DNA of 64,000 bases, taken from IMG/VR virus record IMGVR_UViG_3300031951_006582, positions 1-64,000 of that record, one strand, 5' to 3'. Shown one piece after another: positions 20,025 to 31,122 of the stretch; position 1 is the first letter of the stretch; the number at the start of each line of letters is the position of its first letter. Under the pieces are notes generated by a model. That model saw only the letters and a program-made list of their open reading frames with translations. It ran no database searches and had not been told where the DNA came from. The translations under genes were made by a program, and so were the position numbers. This DNA comes from a virus.

Positions 20025-23000
20025 ATGGCTCAACGCAATATAGATTTTGGTAGTTTTCCTGACGATCCAAATGCAGATGCAATTAGAACCGCCTTCCAAA
20101 AGGTACAGGAAAATTTCACAGAATTATTTTCTGGTTTACAAGAACAAGCAGTTATCTCGGTTAACAGAACTGCCGGCGTCGGTACAACTGTTAACTCCCC
20201 TACCGGAAATGTTATTATCAGTGCTAATATTGCCCAAGTCAGAATTCAAAGTACAACCCTAGACCTATCAACCGGATCAAACGCTTCGCCGGCATCACTT
20301 GCAGTAATCAATCAGGGCACTGTTCCGTTTTTCATTAATTTGCCGCAAAGCGTTACTGGAATTTCAAACATCAGCTTAGGTAACACGTTAACTGCTAACA
20401 CCGTCAATGTAAACTTACAAATCAATGGTAATACTGCCAGCTTTACTGGTAACATAGCTACTACTGCCAACGTCAATGCAAACAACGCTAATATCACAAA
20501 TAACATATTAGTGGGTGCAAATGCTAACGTAACCGGCAATTTGAATGTCACTACAAACGCTAACGTTACGGCGAATGTTAATGCAGGCAACATAAACGCT
20601 ACAGCGAGAATCACTGCTGCAAACGCAAACATTACTGCGAACTTGAATGCCAACATTATAAATGCTAACTTCCTATACGGTGACGGTAGCAATCTTACTA
20701 ATGTTAGCGCAGTTGCAAATACACGAATTCTAAATGGCACAAGCTATGCTAACATTAGCGATGTAAATGGTAACCTAAATATTGTCATAACTGGTAACCC
20801 GACAATGACTGTGGCTGCAACCGGTGCAAATATTACAGGAACATTGGGTGTATCAGGTAACTTAACAGCAGGTAATTTGATTGGTGTTCTGGCCAACGGT
20901 GGAACCAGCAACATTACTATTGCAGGAGCAACAGGTAATGTTACTACTGCGGTTGCCGGAACTGCTAGAATTACCGCTACATCAACTGGAGCAAACGTAG
21001 CCGGTACATTAGGCGTAAGTGGTAATGCTAATGTTGGTAACTTAGGTACTGCACAGGTATTGGCGAGTGCTAACGTCACTGCACCTCAATTGATCAGTAA
21101 CGTTGCAACTGGCACTGCTCCATTAGTCGTTACATCTACCACTCAGGTAGCAAACTTGAATGCAGCAACTGCCGGTACCGCAACAAGTGCCACTACAGCC
21201 GGTACAGTAACAACGGCAGCACAACCAAATATCACAAGCGTTGGTACACTAAGTTCATTAGCAGTAACAGCCAACGTAACTGCTGGCAATGTATATGCTA
21301 ACTCAGGTACAGTAGGTGCAAGTCTATTAACCGGTACATTAACAACTGCTTCACAGCCTAATATCACTGGCGTTGGCACACTAACGGCTCTTGGAGTTAA
21401 TGGAAATATTACTGCTGCCAACATTACTGCAAATACTGGCGTATTTACAGGTAACGGTAGTGGACTATCGGCACTTAATGCAAGCAATCTTTCAACGGGT
21501 ACAGTTCCGAGTGCTAGACTAACCGGTAGCTATTCTATCTCAGTTACAAGCGCAGGGACAGCAGGCACTGTAACGACAGCAGCACAGCCTAATATTACAT
21601 CAGTAGGTACATTGACAGTCCTAGATGTAAACGGAAACATTACTGCTGCAAATATCACTGCTAACACAGGCGTATTTACAGGTAACGGTAGTGGATTAAG
21701 TGCAATTGCTGGCGCAAACGTAACAGGTACTGTTGCTAATGCTACTACTGCAACTCTTGCAAATACAATCAATGTCACTACACAAACTTCTGGCAATGCA
21801 TTCCTTGTATTAGGTAACGCATTGACTGGAAATGTTAGTGAAACTGCAAACGCAGCGTTTGTAGCTAATACAAGCAATGGCGCAATTCACGCAACTACAT
21901 TTGTCGGTGCATTAAGTGGTGCTGCAACCACAGCAGGTACAGTAACAACCGCAGCACAACCAAATATCACAAGTGTCGGTACATTAGCTAATCTATCAGT
22001 GACAGCAAATGTTACTGCTGGTAATGTCTATGCTAACTCCGGTACTGTTGGTGCGTCACTACTAACAGGTACCTTAACTACTGCTGCACAACCAAACGTA
22101 ACAAGCGTTGGTACATTAGGTAATTTATCAGTGACCGCAAATGTTACTGCTGGAAATGTCTATGCTAACTCAGGCACAATCGGCGCTTCATTACTCGCTG
22201 GCACACTAACTACTGCTGCTCAACCAAACGTAACAAGTGTTGGTACGTTAACTGGCCTCGGAGTGAATGGTAATATTACTGCTGCAAACATTACTGCTAA
22301 CACAGGCGTGTTTACTGGTAATGCTGCTGGATTAACAAACATACCAGGTGGTAATGTTTCAGGAGCAGTGGCCAGTGCTACAACAGCAGGCACCGTAACA
22401 ACTGCTGCTCAACCAAACATCACTTCAGTCGGTACTCTATCATCGCTATCAGTTTCCGGAAATCTATCTTCGGGTAATGCTAACTTAGGAAATCTCGCAA
22501 GAGCTAATTTCTTCCAAGGTGATGGTAGCCTATTGACAAATATCTCAGTTGGCGCCGGAAGCTTCATTGCTAATGGAAATAGTAACGTAAGCGTTACCTC
22601 TGCTAACGGTAACGTAGCTATCTCAGCAGTAGGCAACGCTAATATAGTAGTCGTTACTGGTACCGGTGCAAACATCAATGGCACTGCGAATGTTTCTGGT
22701 AATCTATCAGCCGGTAATATTTCAGCTACGTCAATCGCGGGCAACTTAACTACTGCTGCTCAAACAAACATTACAAGTTTAGGTACGCTAACTGGACTAA
22801 ACGTTAACGGTACTAGTAATTTAGGCCCTAACAGCAATGTCATTATTACGGGCGGTGTCGCTAACGCATTCTTGAGAACAGATGGTAGTGGTAACCTATC
22901 TTGGGACACTGCAACTCTTGTTCCAGCTCAAGGTTCCAATACCCAAGTCATTTTCAATGATGGCGGCACAGTATATGCAGGTAGTAACGCCCTAACATTT

Positions 23001-25490
23001 AACAAGACTTCAAACGTATTAACATTGGGTGGAAACTTATCAGTAGGAAACATCAGCGGTGCAAATAATGTTATTTCTAACTTCTTTACTGGTACGCTAA
23101 GAACTAATGCTCAACCTAACATCACGAGCGTAGGCACTCTTGCCTCATTAAACGTAAATAATACTATCACTGCTGTGGCATTTACTGCTAACACAGGCGT
23201 ATTTACGGGTAATGGTAGTGGACTAAGTGCAATCGCTGGTGCTAATGTTACCGGAACAGTAGCAAATGCTACATTCGCAACATCTGCCGGTTCTGCAACC
23301 ACAGCAGGTACTGTAACAACTGCTGCACAGCCAAATATTACGAGTGTAGGTACATTAACTGGATTAACCGTTGACGGAAACATTACTGTAGGAAATATCA
23401 GCGGTGCAAATAACGTTATTTCTAACTTCTTTACTGGCACGCTAAGAACTAATGCTCAACCAAATATCACTTCAGTTGGTACATTAACGGGTCTAGGAGT
23501 AAACGGAAACATTACTGCTGCAAATATCACTGCTAATACAGGTGTGTTTACGGGTAATGGTAGTGGACTAAGTGCAATCGCAGGTGCTAACGTAACTGGC
23601 ACTGTATCAAGTGCAGCCACTGCAACAAATGCAACTGCGGTATTAACTAATACATCTACTGCAACTACGGTATACTTAACCGGTACGTCTACTGCTGCAA
23701 ATGCACATGCCTCACTTGAAAAAGTAACCGGCATTTTTGCTAATATGAGCAATAATAGTATTACTGCAACAACATTTGTAGGTGCTCTATCTGGCGCTGC
23801 TACGAGTGCAACTACTGCCGGTACAGTAACAACTGCGGCTCAACCGAACATTACAAGCGTGGGCACTCTTACATCGCTCGGTGTTAACGGAACAATTACC
23901 GCAGTCAACATTACAGCTAATACCGGCGTCTTTACTGGTAATGGTAGTGGTCTTAGTGCAATTGCTGGTGCGAACGTAACCGGTACAGTATCTTCAGCCA
24001 CAACGGCAGGTACTGTAACAACTGCTGCACAGCCAAATATCACTTCAGTTGGCACACTAACTTCTTTGGGTGTTAACGGCACTGTAACAGCAGTAAACTT
24101 CACTGCTAATACTGGTGTGTTTGCTGGTAGTGGTGCTAACTTAACTACACTTAATGCAAGCAACATCTCAAGTGGTACATTAGCACAAGCAAGATTGGCA
24201 AACGCAAGTGTAACATTGGGTAGTACAGCATTGACATTAGGCGGCACGGTAACAACAGTGGCCGGTCTAACAAGTGTTACATCTACAACGTTTGTCGGTT
24301 CATTGTCGGGGGCAGCAACTACGGCAGGTACTGTAACAACAGCAGCACAGCCGAATATCACAAGTGTTGGTACATTGACAGGCCTTGATGTAAACGGAAA
24401 TATTACTGCTGCAAATATCACTGCCAATACAGGGGTGTTTACGGGCAATGGTAGCGGTCTATCTGCGTTGAATGCAAGCAATATTTCAACAGGAACCCTT
24501 GCTCAAGCAAGACTCGCTAATGCAAGCGTAACATTAGGTAGTACTGCGTTAACGTTAGGGTCAACGGTTACAACTGTTGCTGGTCTATCAAGTGTAACTT
24601 CTACTACATTCGTTGGTTCATTGTCAGGTGCTGCTACAACTGCTGGTACTGTAACTACAGCAGCACAACCCAACATTACTTCAGTCGGTACACTAGCCAA
24701 TCTGACCGCCGGAGCAATCACTATCAACGGAACAACTGGATTGCCGGCACAAATAAGTGGGCAACCAGTAATTACTGGATCGCTAGGATCTCCAAATATC
24801 GGGGCATTGTATATAGGTGATGGTACTGGTTGGCAATTTAAGTTTAGATCAAGAATCGGTAGTGTTGATACAGATAGAGTAACCTTCTTTGATAACGGCA
24901 ACGTAACTCTCAACACCGGTGTAATTACAGGTAACGGTAGCGGTCTAAGTGCAATCGCCGGCGCTAATGTCACTGGAGCAGTCGCATTTGCTACAACCGC
25001 AAATGCTGTAGCAGGAGCTAACGTAAGCGGCACTGTTTCAAGTGCAACTACTGCAACAACAGCAGGTACTGTAACAACAGCAGCCCAGCCAAATATCACC
25101 TCAACCGGTACACTAACCAGCTTGACTGTATCGGGCAATGTTACTGCTCAGGCTAATGTCAATATGACAGGCTTTGTGATTCGTTCTGTCAGCACTGGTA
25201 TTGCAGCAGCAGGTAGTAACCAAGGTACCGCAACAGCAATCACAAGAGAAATGAATGTTGTCTCTACTGTAGCATCAGGTGCGGGGGTTATTCTTCCAAC
25301 TGCGGTAGCAGGTATGGTGGTATCAATTACTAACACAAGTGCTAACTCATTACTAGTTTATCCGCACTCGGGCGGAGACATTAACGGTGCAGCAACAAAC
25401 GTTGCTTTCACTCACACCGCAGGAGCAACATTACAGTATATTGCTCCTACAACTTCTGACTGGTACACAGTCGGTGCAACTTATGCTTAA
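20025..25490 (+). CDS. Long tail fibre-like protein with 16 TTAAQPNITSVGTL repeats
   Basis: N-terminal gp9/10-like anchor NIDFGSFPDDPNADAIRTAFQKVQENFTEL; T/A/N/G-rich; start MAQRN after late promoter 19990 and AGGA RBS. Confidence 0.75.
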   Translation: MAQRNIDFGSFPDDPNADAIRTAFQKVQENFTELFSGLQEQAVISVNRTAGVGTTVNSPTGNVIISANIAQVRIQSTTLDLSTGSNASPASLAVINQGTVPFFINLPQSVTGISNISLGNTLTANTVNVNLQINGNTASFTGNIATTANVNANNANITNNILVGANANVTGNLNVTTNANVTANVNAGNINATARITAANANITANLNANIINANFLYGDGSNLTNVSAVANTRILNGTSYANISDVNGNLNIVITGNPTMTVAATGANITGTLGVSGNLTAGNLIGVLANGGTSNITIAGATGNVTTAVAGTARITATSTGANVAGTLGVSGNANVGNLGTAQVLASANVTAPQLISNVATGTAPLVVTSTTQVANLNAATAGTATSATTAGTVTTAAQPNITSVGTLSSLAVTANVTAGNVYANSGTVGASLLTGTLTTASQPNITGVGTLTALGVNGNITAANITANTGVFTGNGSGLSALNASNLSTGTVPSARLTGSYSISVTSAGTAGTVTTAAQPNITSVGTLTVLDVNGNITAANITANTGVFTGNGSGLSAIAGANVTGTVANATTATLANTINVTTQTSGNAFLVLGNALTGNVSETANAAFVANTSNGAIHATTFVGALSGAATTAGTVTTAAQPNITSVGTLANLSVTANVTAGNVYANSGTVGASLLTGTLTTAAQPNVTSVGTLGNLSVTANVTAGNVYANSGTIGASLLAGTLTTAAQPNVTSVGTLTGLGVNGNITAANITANTGVFTGNAAGLTNIPGGNVSGAVASATTAGTVTTAAQPNITSVGTLSSLSVSGNLSSGNANLGNLARANFFQGDGSLLTNISVGAGSFIANGNSNVSVTSANGNVAISAVGNANIVVVTGTGANINGTANVSGNLSAGNISATSIAGNLTTAAQTNITSLGTLTGLNVNGTSNLGPNSNVIITGGVANAFLRTDGSGNLSWDTATLVPAQGSNTQVIFNDGGTVYAGSNALTFNKTSNVLTLGGNLSVGNISGANNVISNFFTGTLRTNAQPNITSVGTLASLNVNNTITAVAFTANTGVFTGNGSGLSAIAGANVTGTVANATFATSAGSATTAGTVTTAAQPNITSVGTLTGLTVDGNITVGNISGANNVISNFFTGTLRTNAQPNITSVGTLTGLGVNGNITAANITANTGVFTGNGSGLSAIAGANVTGTVSSAATATNATAVLTNTSTATTVYLTGTSTAANAHASLEKVTGIFANMSNNSITATTFVGALSGAATSATTAGTVTTAAQPNITSVGTLTSLGVNGTITAVNITANTGVFTGNGSGLSAIAGANVTGTVSSATTAGTVTTAAQPNITSVGTLTSLGVNGTVTAVNFTANTGVFAGSGANLTTLNASNISSGTLAQARLANASVTLGSTALTLGGTVTTVAGLTSVTSTTFVGSLSGAATTAGTVTTAAQPNITSVGTLTGLDVNGNITAANITANTGVFTGNGSGLSALNASNISTGTLAQARLANASVTLGSTALTLGSTVTTVAGLSSVTSTTFVGSLSGAATTAGTVTTAAQPNITSVGTLANLTAGAITINGTTGLPAQISGQPVITGSLGSPNIGALYIGDGTGWQFKFRSRIGSVDTDRVTFFDNGNVTLNTGVITGNGSGLSAIAGANVTGAVAFATTANAVAGANVSGTVSSATTATTAGTVTTAAQPNITSTGTLTSLTVSGNVTAQANVNMTGFVIRSVSTGIAAAGSNQGTATAITREMNVVSTVASGAGVILPTAVAGMVVSITNTSANSLLVYPHSGGDINGAATNVAFTHTAGATLQYIAPTTSDWYTVGATYA

Positions 25491-25507
25491 CATAGAAAGG
25501 TAATATA

Positions 25508-25678
25508 ATGGCTAAAGCAAAAACAAGTGGTGGTTCAAATAAGGGACAAAAGATTTCATTTACTCAACAATCTAAGGGTAAAACAACGATTGGATTGTCA
25601 CATAGTTCAATCAAGTTTTCTACTATGAATAAGCATAAGCGTAGAAATTATAAAGCATACCGAGGTCAAGGTAGATAA
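25508..25678 (+). CDS. Small basic protein (56 aa) ending MNKHKRRNYKAYRGQGR
   Basis: GAAAGG RBS; C-terminus resembles small basic ORFs of T4-like phages; below the ORF track cut-off. Confidence 0.7.
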   Translation: MAKAKTSGGSNKGQKISFTQQSKGKTTIGLSHSSIKFSTMNKHKRRNYKAYRGQGR

Positions 25679-25687
25679 AGGATTAAC

Positions 25688-28207
25688 ATGGCACAGCCCA
25701 TTTGGAACACACCTGCAGGAAACATAGGAGCTTTCGCTTCAGGATCAGTAATAAGATTTCAGTTATCCGCGTTTCCTGTCCCGCCAGCAACAAGCCTAAC
25801 CTATCAATTGATAAGTGGGCAACTACCAGCGGGTGTTTCAATCAGTAACATCGGTTTAATTTCAGGAAACACGCAGCCTGAAATTATGAACACGACATAT
25901 ATATTTACTGTTAGGGTTACTGACAACAATCAAAACATAAGAGATAGAACGTTTTCTATTATTATGTCGGGGGTAGATGCTCCGGAATTCATTACTCCTC
26001 CAGGAACTCTATTAAATACGTTTGACAGTCTTTGGGTAGAATATCCTATTGAATATTCCGTTCCCATCCCTGATACTTCAGTGATTGTTAATTTAGTACA
26101 GGGTAGACTTCCACCTGGGTTAGAAATCAATGAATTTGGATTGATCAGAGGATATCCCAATCCCCCGGTTGTTAATGTTAGCTTAGGCTCAGTAAATGCT
26201 TCAGTGCTTGCAACTATAGATAATACCATGGTTGCATCAAGCACACTTGGATTTCGTCCAGGTCGTCCTATTGTGTTCAGCGGTGATGTGTTCGGTGGCG
26301 TAACAGCAGATCAAACTTATTATGTTAGAGAGATAATAGATAGCACTACATTTACAATCTCTACTTCAGTCAATGGTCCAATATATGAGCTATCGAACGA
26401 TGCAGGATTTATGATTGCATTTTTACCTAATATCTCAGTAGGTCAGCCCACTATACAAACTTACGATTTTACACTAAAGTTGATAACGCCATTTGGTGAA
26501 GCACTTGAAACTTATTCAATTGTTGTTACCAATCAGAATGCCTCCCCGTCAATTGGTGGCCCGGGTAGACCATTCAATACTAGACCGCCGACCATCTTGA
26601 ATACAAGACCGCTCACTTATGATATTTTAGTGAACGATATTGATTACAGATTTTATCTATTTCCGCCAAACAGTCGCGGAGAAACTTATGCTCCAACTCA
26701 GTTAGCCAATATCGGAAGATTCAACAGTGATGACAAGTTTGCTTTTCAAATCTTAGGAAAAGACTTTGACAATAGCGAACTTGAATATGTGTTTGCTAAC
26801 TTACCATTAGGATTAGTGGGGGATTCTACTACCGGATGGGTAACTGGAAATCCAATGATTTCTCCTGACAATATAAATCAGTTTACGTTCTCAGTAGCGG
26901 TACGTAAGCGTAACAATCCTAGCATCACGACTCCATCTTTCAACTTCTCATTCATAGTTAGAAACAGCGTTGATGGTGAAATAGTTTGGGTGACTCCTAC
27001 TGATTTAGGAACAGTGTTTAACGGAACAGATAGCACGTTAAGTATAGTTGCGACGAGTGATGTACCTTTGCAATATTCTCTTGTATCTGGTACTCTTCCT
27101 CCAAATCTATCACTACTCAGCACGGGTGAATTAGCAGGCACTTTTGCTTTTCAACCTAATGATTTCTTAGTAGGTGCAGATGCCATCAGTGAATTTACAT
27201 TCACGGTAAGAGCGTCCTCTCCTAATTTCCCTATTGTCAATAGTGATAGAACGTTTACTGTATCTGTACAGCAACTATTCCCGTACCCACTAGATAACAT
27301 TTACATTAAGTGTACACCTGGTATTGCTGATAGAGACTTGTTAGCAACACTGCTGGACAATGACTCATTGATTCCTAGCGAGATGATTTATAGACCACAA
27401 GACAGTAATTTTGGTAAAGCTACCAGCGTAGTATATGAACACGCATTTGGTATAAATGCAAGTAGTTTCAATGAATATGTTGCGGCTGTTACTATAAATC
27501 ATTATTGGAGACAGTTGACCTTAGGGGAAATAAAGACTGCTGTTGCAAGAGACGAGGAAACAGGAGAAATCATTTACGAGGTTGTATATAGCTCAGTAAT
27601 TGACAATCTTGTGAATCCAAAAGGTCAAAGCGTAAGTAAAGAAATCCTTTGGCCTAGATTTATTCCACTGAATCAGGGTCCATGGTATGCCAGCGTAACT
27701 GATATCTATACGAGCTATATTGGACAGAATAATCAAGTAGATTTCTATACAAGCTTAACTCCAGGATACGCAAGGTTGCTATATCCAAACAGTTTAGATA
27801 ACATGAGAGAGCAAGTAGCAGATGTGCTGGGCACAGTGAATAACACTAACATCTTGCCATTATGGATGACAAGTCAGCAACTAGACGGTAACACATTAGG
27901 ATTTACTCCGGCTTGGGTAATATGCTATACTAAGCCCGGATTCTCAGAGACAATCAAAAACAACATCGAAACCAATTGGAAGAATCCAGTAGGACAGCTT
28001 CAAACACTTAACCTAATTGATTTCAAGATTGATAGATTTACTGTTGAAAAGAAAAATACTTACGACTTTGACAACAATTTGGTTCCCCCGGCTTGGACTT
28101 CACTACCGAGTGGTTCTCCTGTCCCTGATCCAGCAGACAGTAAAGATTTTTATGTGTTGTTCCCTCGTCCGACAATTTTACCTAACCAGCTACAATATCC
28201 ACGATAA
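25688..28207 (+). CDS. Baseplate wedge-like structural protein with putative Ig (He_PIG) domains
   Basis: Repeated YxLxSGxLPxGxSxxxxGxIxG motifs; LPLWMTSQQ, ICYTKPG, FKIDRF. Confidence 0.6.
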   Translation: MAQPIWNTPAGNIGAFASGSVIRFQLSAFPVPPATSLTYQLISGQLPAGVSISNIGLISGNTQPEIMNTTYIFTVRVTDNNQNIRDRTFSIIMSGVDAPEFITPPGTLLNTFDSLWVEYPIEYSVPIPDTSVIVNLVQGRLPPGLEINEFGLIRGYPNPPVVNVSLGSVNASVLATIDNTMVASSTLGFRPGRPIVFSGDVFGGVTADQTYYVREIIDSTTFTISTSVNGPIYELSNDAGFMIAFLPNISVGQPTIQTYDFTLKLITPFGEALETYSIVVTNQNASPSIGGPGRPFNTRPPTILNTRPLTYDILVNDIDYRFYLFPPNSRGETYAPTQLANIGRFNSDDKFAFQILGKDFDNSELEYVFANLPLGLVGDSTTGWVTGNPMISPDNINQFTFSVAVRKRNNPSITTPSFNFSFIVRNSVDGEIVWVTPTDLGTVFNGTDSTLSIVATSDVPLQYSLVSGTLPPNLSLLSTGELAGTFAFQPNDFLVGADAISEFTFTVRASSPNFPIVNSDRTFTVSVQQLFPYPLDNIYIKCTPGIADRDLLATLLDNDSLIPSEMIYRPQDSNFGKATSVVYEHAFGINASSFNEYVAAVTINHYWRQLTLGEIKTAVARDEETGEIIYEVVYSSVIDNLVNPKGQSVSKEILWPRFIPLNQGPWYASVTDIYTSYIGQNNQVDFYTSLTPGYARLLYPNSLDNMREQVADVLGTVNNTNILPLWMTSQQLDGNTLGFTPAWVICYTKPGFSETIKNNIETNWKNPVGQLQTLNLIDFKIDRFTVEKKNTYDFDNNLVPPAWTSLPSGSPVPDPADSKDFYVLFPRPTILPNQLQYPR

Positions 28208-28236
28208 ATAGATTATATTAATAGGAATTTAACACA

Positions 28237-29277
28237 GTGTCACAAATCAACACTAACGGAATCAATGTAAACTATCCTGTCCCGGGGCAGAACAATAGCT
28301 CTCAGGGCTTCAGAGATAATTTTGGGCAAATTAGAACCAATCTAAACACTGCGGCAACAGAAATCACCGACTTGCAAACTAAAGTTGTGTTGAAGGCTGC
28401 ATTGGATAACTCAGTTCTTAATAACGACATGGCTAATGTACAGATTAGTAACTGTTCTACTAGAGGCTTTAGAGGTACAACTTTCAATTTAGGAAATGCT
28501 CTCGCCGGTACAGTTCTCGTTGACGTTAACAAAGCAGATGTTCATTACGGTACAGTTACTGGAAACGTAACATTGCAGTTTGGGAGCTGGGCTCCAACTA
28601 ATACTGAAAGTAAGGTTTCTCTAAGACTAGCAGTTGCTAATGTTGATGCTGTTATTTCATTGCCGAGTCAGGTAGTTTCATCTAATAACAACTTCGGTAC
28701 TACGCTAATTGAAAATTACACAAGAATCGGCAACACAGCTACTATCACTGCTCCTGCAAACACGGAAGTTCTAGAATTTACGTTTACGTCATTAGATTGC
28801 GGTAACACAATCAATATGACCCCCACCAACAGACCATATCAAGCTACTCAGATAGTAACACGTACTCCTCCCCCAACTGGCGTACCGGGCGATGTTGCAG
28901 GAACGGTATCCGTAGATGCTAACTATGTGTATGTCTGCACAGGTGATTTTGACTCAGACATATACGCTAAGGGAGTTGCAAACACAAATGCAACAGGCAA
29001 CATCATTCGACTTAACAATACTACTAACTTAGTAGCAGACGCACCAATCATCTTTACTGGTAACGTAGATACAGCAAATACAAATCTCGTAGCTAATACG
29101 GTATACTACATCAAAACAGTAGCATCACCTGATATTACTATTAGTGCTACAAGAGTAGCCGGAACGGCAGGCGCAGAGTTTGCTGTGGGGACCAAAGCTA
29201 ATATTGCTAATACTATTACAGCTACAGCTATCGTAGGTACTGATATTTGGAAACGTATTGAACTAGATACCTGGTAA
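28237..29277 (+). CDS. Virion structural protein (baseplate/fibre associated)
   Basis: YPVPGQNNSSQGFRDNF N-terminus, DANYVYVCT, WKRIEL; late promoter 28205. Confidence 0.6.
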   Translation: MSQINTNGINVNYPVPGQNNSSQGFRDNFGQIRTNLNTAATEITDLQTKVVLKAALDNSVLNNDMANVQISNCSTRGFRGTTFNLGNALAGTVLVDVNKADVHYGTVTGNVTLQFGSWAPTNTESKVSLRLAVANVDAVISLPSQVVSSNNNFGTTLIENYTRIGNTATITAPANTEVLEFTFTSLDCGNTINMTPTNRPYQATQIVTRTPPPTGVPGDVAGTVSVDANYVYVCTGDFDSDIYAKGVANTNATGNIIRLNNTTNLVADAPIIFTGNVDTANTNLVANTVYYIKTVASPDITISATRVAGTAGAEFAVGTKANIANTITATAIVGTDIWKRIELDTW

Positions 29278-29281
29278 TATC

Positions 29282-29527
29282 GTGGAACATCCGTTTTTAA
29301 GCAGCAACGATTTAAAAGACAAGACTATTGAAGAAATTCAAGATGCTATGTCTAACTTGATGAATAAGCTTACCTTTGCTTATAGAACGCAGAACGGCCC
29401 TTTAATTCATCAACTTCAAATGGTCTTAGAAAGTCACAGAACACAATACTATAAAAAAATGGATGATATATTTGCTAAGCAAAAGCTAAACAACCAAATC
29501 AACATTCAAAGTGATAGACCAGCATGA
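29282..29527 (+). CDS. Hypothetical protein
   Basis: 81 aa helical ORF in operon. Confidence 0.6.
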   Translation: MEHPFLSSNDLKDKTIEEIQDAMSNLMNKLTFAYRTQNGPLIHQLQMVLESHRTQYYKKMDDIFAKQKLNNQINIQSDRPA

Positions 29528-30081
29528 ATAACACTAGGATTGAACGTGATTTCTGTTTTCAAACAGGGTTGTACTTTGAAGACAAATTCCATATAGGCGT
29601 CTATGATATAACTCTATCCATGTTAGTAGAAACTGACTCAATTAAAGAACAAAATATTGCGATGGATCGCATAATCTATTTTTTGCATGAAGTAATGCAA
29701 AACTCTGTACTAATAAGTTCACGTAATCAAGACGTAATTAGACAGTATCAAGGCATAGATTTAAGAGTATGTGAGCTACCCGAAGAACCCTACGATCAAA
29801 TATTAGCAATGGTTTTGCTACTCAAGCTAAACAGCATAGCCGAAAATAGACTCAAGATTACAGATTTAGTTATCGGTTCATCACTAAGCGATGGTGTAAG
29901 GTTCAATGTAGTATCAGAAGTAGCAGAAGGTGCATTCAGCGGAAAATACTGGTGGAATAGCTCTTGTGTAGCAATGAATAGCCGCGACTTTGAGATAGGA
30001 GATCATAGCAAAGTTATCAAGCTATTCACTGATGATTGGATCAATTTGGGTCTATCCTGGCGAGATATGGCTAAAAATTAA
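29524..30081 (+). CDS. Hypothetical protein
   Basis: 185 aa, ATGA overlap. Confidence 0.65.
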   Translation: MNNTRIERDFCFQTGLYFEDKFHIGVYDITLSMLVETDSIKEQNIAMDRIIYFLHEVMQNSVLISSRNQDVIRQYQGIDLRVCELPEEPYDQILAMVLLLKLNSIAENRLKITDLVIGSSLSDGVRFNVVSEVAEGAFSGKYWWNSSCVAMNSRDFEIGDHSKVIKLFTDDWINLGLSWRDMAKN

Positions 30082-30117
30082 CTTGCTTTTTTACAGCATC
30101 TATGTAATAATGACATT

Positions 30118-30627
30118 ATGCTAAAAGACAAATACGGTCAAATTATATATTCTGAAAAAGATTTAGTAGAACTATATCTTGCAAATCCTGATTTGGTTTT
30201 TTCTAGACCGATACTGTCAGACAGCAACATACCCTTTGATCAAGACTTGAATATTGACACTATTCCAAAGATAGTGAAATACATTTCATCTGATATCTCA
30301 GTTGAAGCCTTCGATATGATGAAGCAAAACAACTGGCATATGCCGGATGAATACAAAAATCTTGATATTGCAAAGTATGTATTAGATCAGTGTCAACACG
30401 AAGAAGAAATACAGAGAGCAGGACAAGAACTCCTTCTATATCAAGAAAGAGATATGTTCATTCTGTTGAAGTACTTGAAGTATCTCGTTGACACGATGAG
30501 AAATAACAACATTGTTTGGGGAGTAGGCAGAGGTTCTAGTGTTTCTAGCTTTGTTTTATTCTTGATAGGAGTCCATAAAATCAATTCGTTGTATTATGGA
30601 CTAGAGATTGATGAATTTTTAAAATAG
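30118..30627 (+). CDS. Stand-alone fragment of DNA polymerase III alpha (DnaE) palm region
   Basis: IVWGVGRGSSVSSFVLFLIGVHKINSLYYGLEIDEFLK matches DnaE GPGRGSAAGSLVAY-LGIT-IDP motif; stops before PDIDxD. Confidence 0.75.
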   Translation: MLKDKYGQIIYSEKDLVELYLANPDLVFSRPILSDSNIPFDQDLNIDTIPKIVKYISSDISVEAFDMMKQNNWHMPDEYKNLDIAKYVLDQCQHEEEIQRAGQELLLYQERDMFILLKYLKYLVDTMRNNNIVWGVGRGSSVSSFVLFLIGVHKINSLYYGLEIDEFLK

Positions 30628-30667
30628 TCAGCTATTTAGATATATAAATAGTAGAAAGGAGTCAGTT

Positions 30668-31120
30668 ATGGCAAAGTATAGAACAGCACAGGGAAAAGTC
30701 GTTGATATGGCACAACTTGCTGCAAAGAATGAGCGTACTCGTGCAGTAGGAAACATGAGCGTAAACGCTCGTGGTGATACTATTGATGGTCAAGGAAGAA
30801 TTATTCTTCCAGTCACTAAGAAGGTTGGCGAGAAGTATCAAAGAACAGTAAGCAATCGTGCAGCTAATATCGTTAAGAGAAAGCAGGTAGATAGCTTTAC
30901 TCCAATTGAAAACGCGCCTGCCCCTGAGACTAAGGTTGAACTAACAGAGGAAGAACTTGAATTTTTAGATACTGCCGAGGAAGATAATGAAATTGAAGCT
31001 ATCAAGGCAGTTGAGGCAGCTAAGGCATTAGAAGCAGCGAGAGCCGAAGAAATGAAGAAAAAGATTAAAGTTAAACCAGCAAGTGAAGCACCGGACTTTT
31101 TTGATCCTAGTAAAGACTAA
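30668..31120 (+). CDS. Hypothetical late protein
   Basis: TATAAATA at 30643-30650, AAGGAG RBS. Confidence 0.7.
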   Translation: MAKYRTAQGKVVDMAQLAAKNERTRAVGNMSVNARGDTIDGQGRIILPVTKKVGEKYQRTVSNRAANIVKRKQVDSFTPIENAPAPETKVELTEEELEFLDTAEEDNEIEAIKAVEAAKALEAARAEEMKKKIKVKPASEAPDFFDPSKD

Positions 31121-31122
31121 AA

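Noticed and set aside
21180-25130. Periodic DNA repeats resembling a CRISPR array or DGR template
   Set aside because: In-frame coding repeats with synonymous divergence; no constant repeat-spacer pattern, cas gene or reverse transcriptase
20312-25336. Series of minus-strand ORFs with repeats
   Set aside because: Antisense read-out of the T/A/N/G-rich fibre repeats
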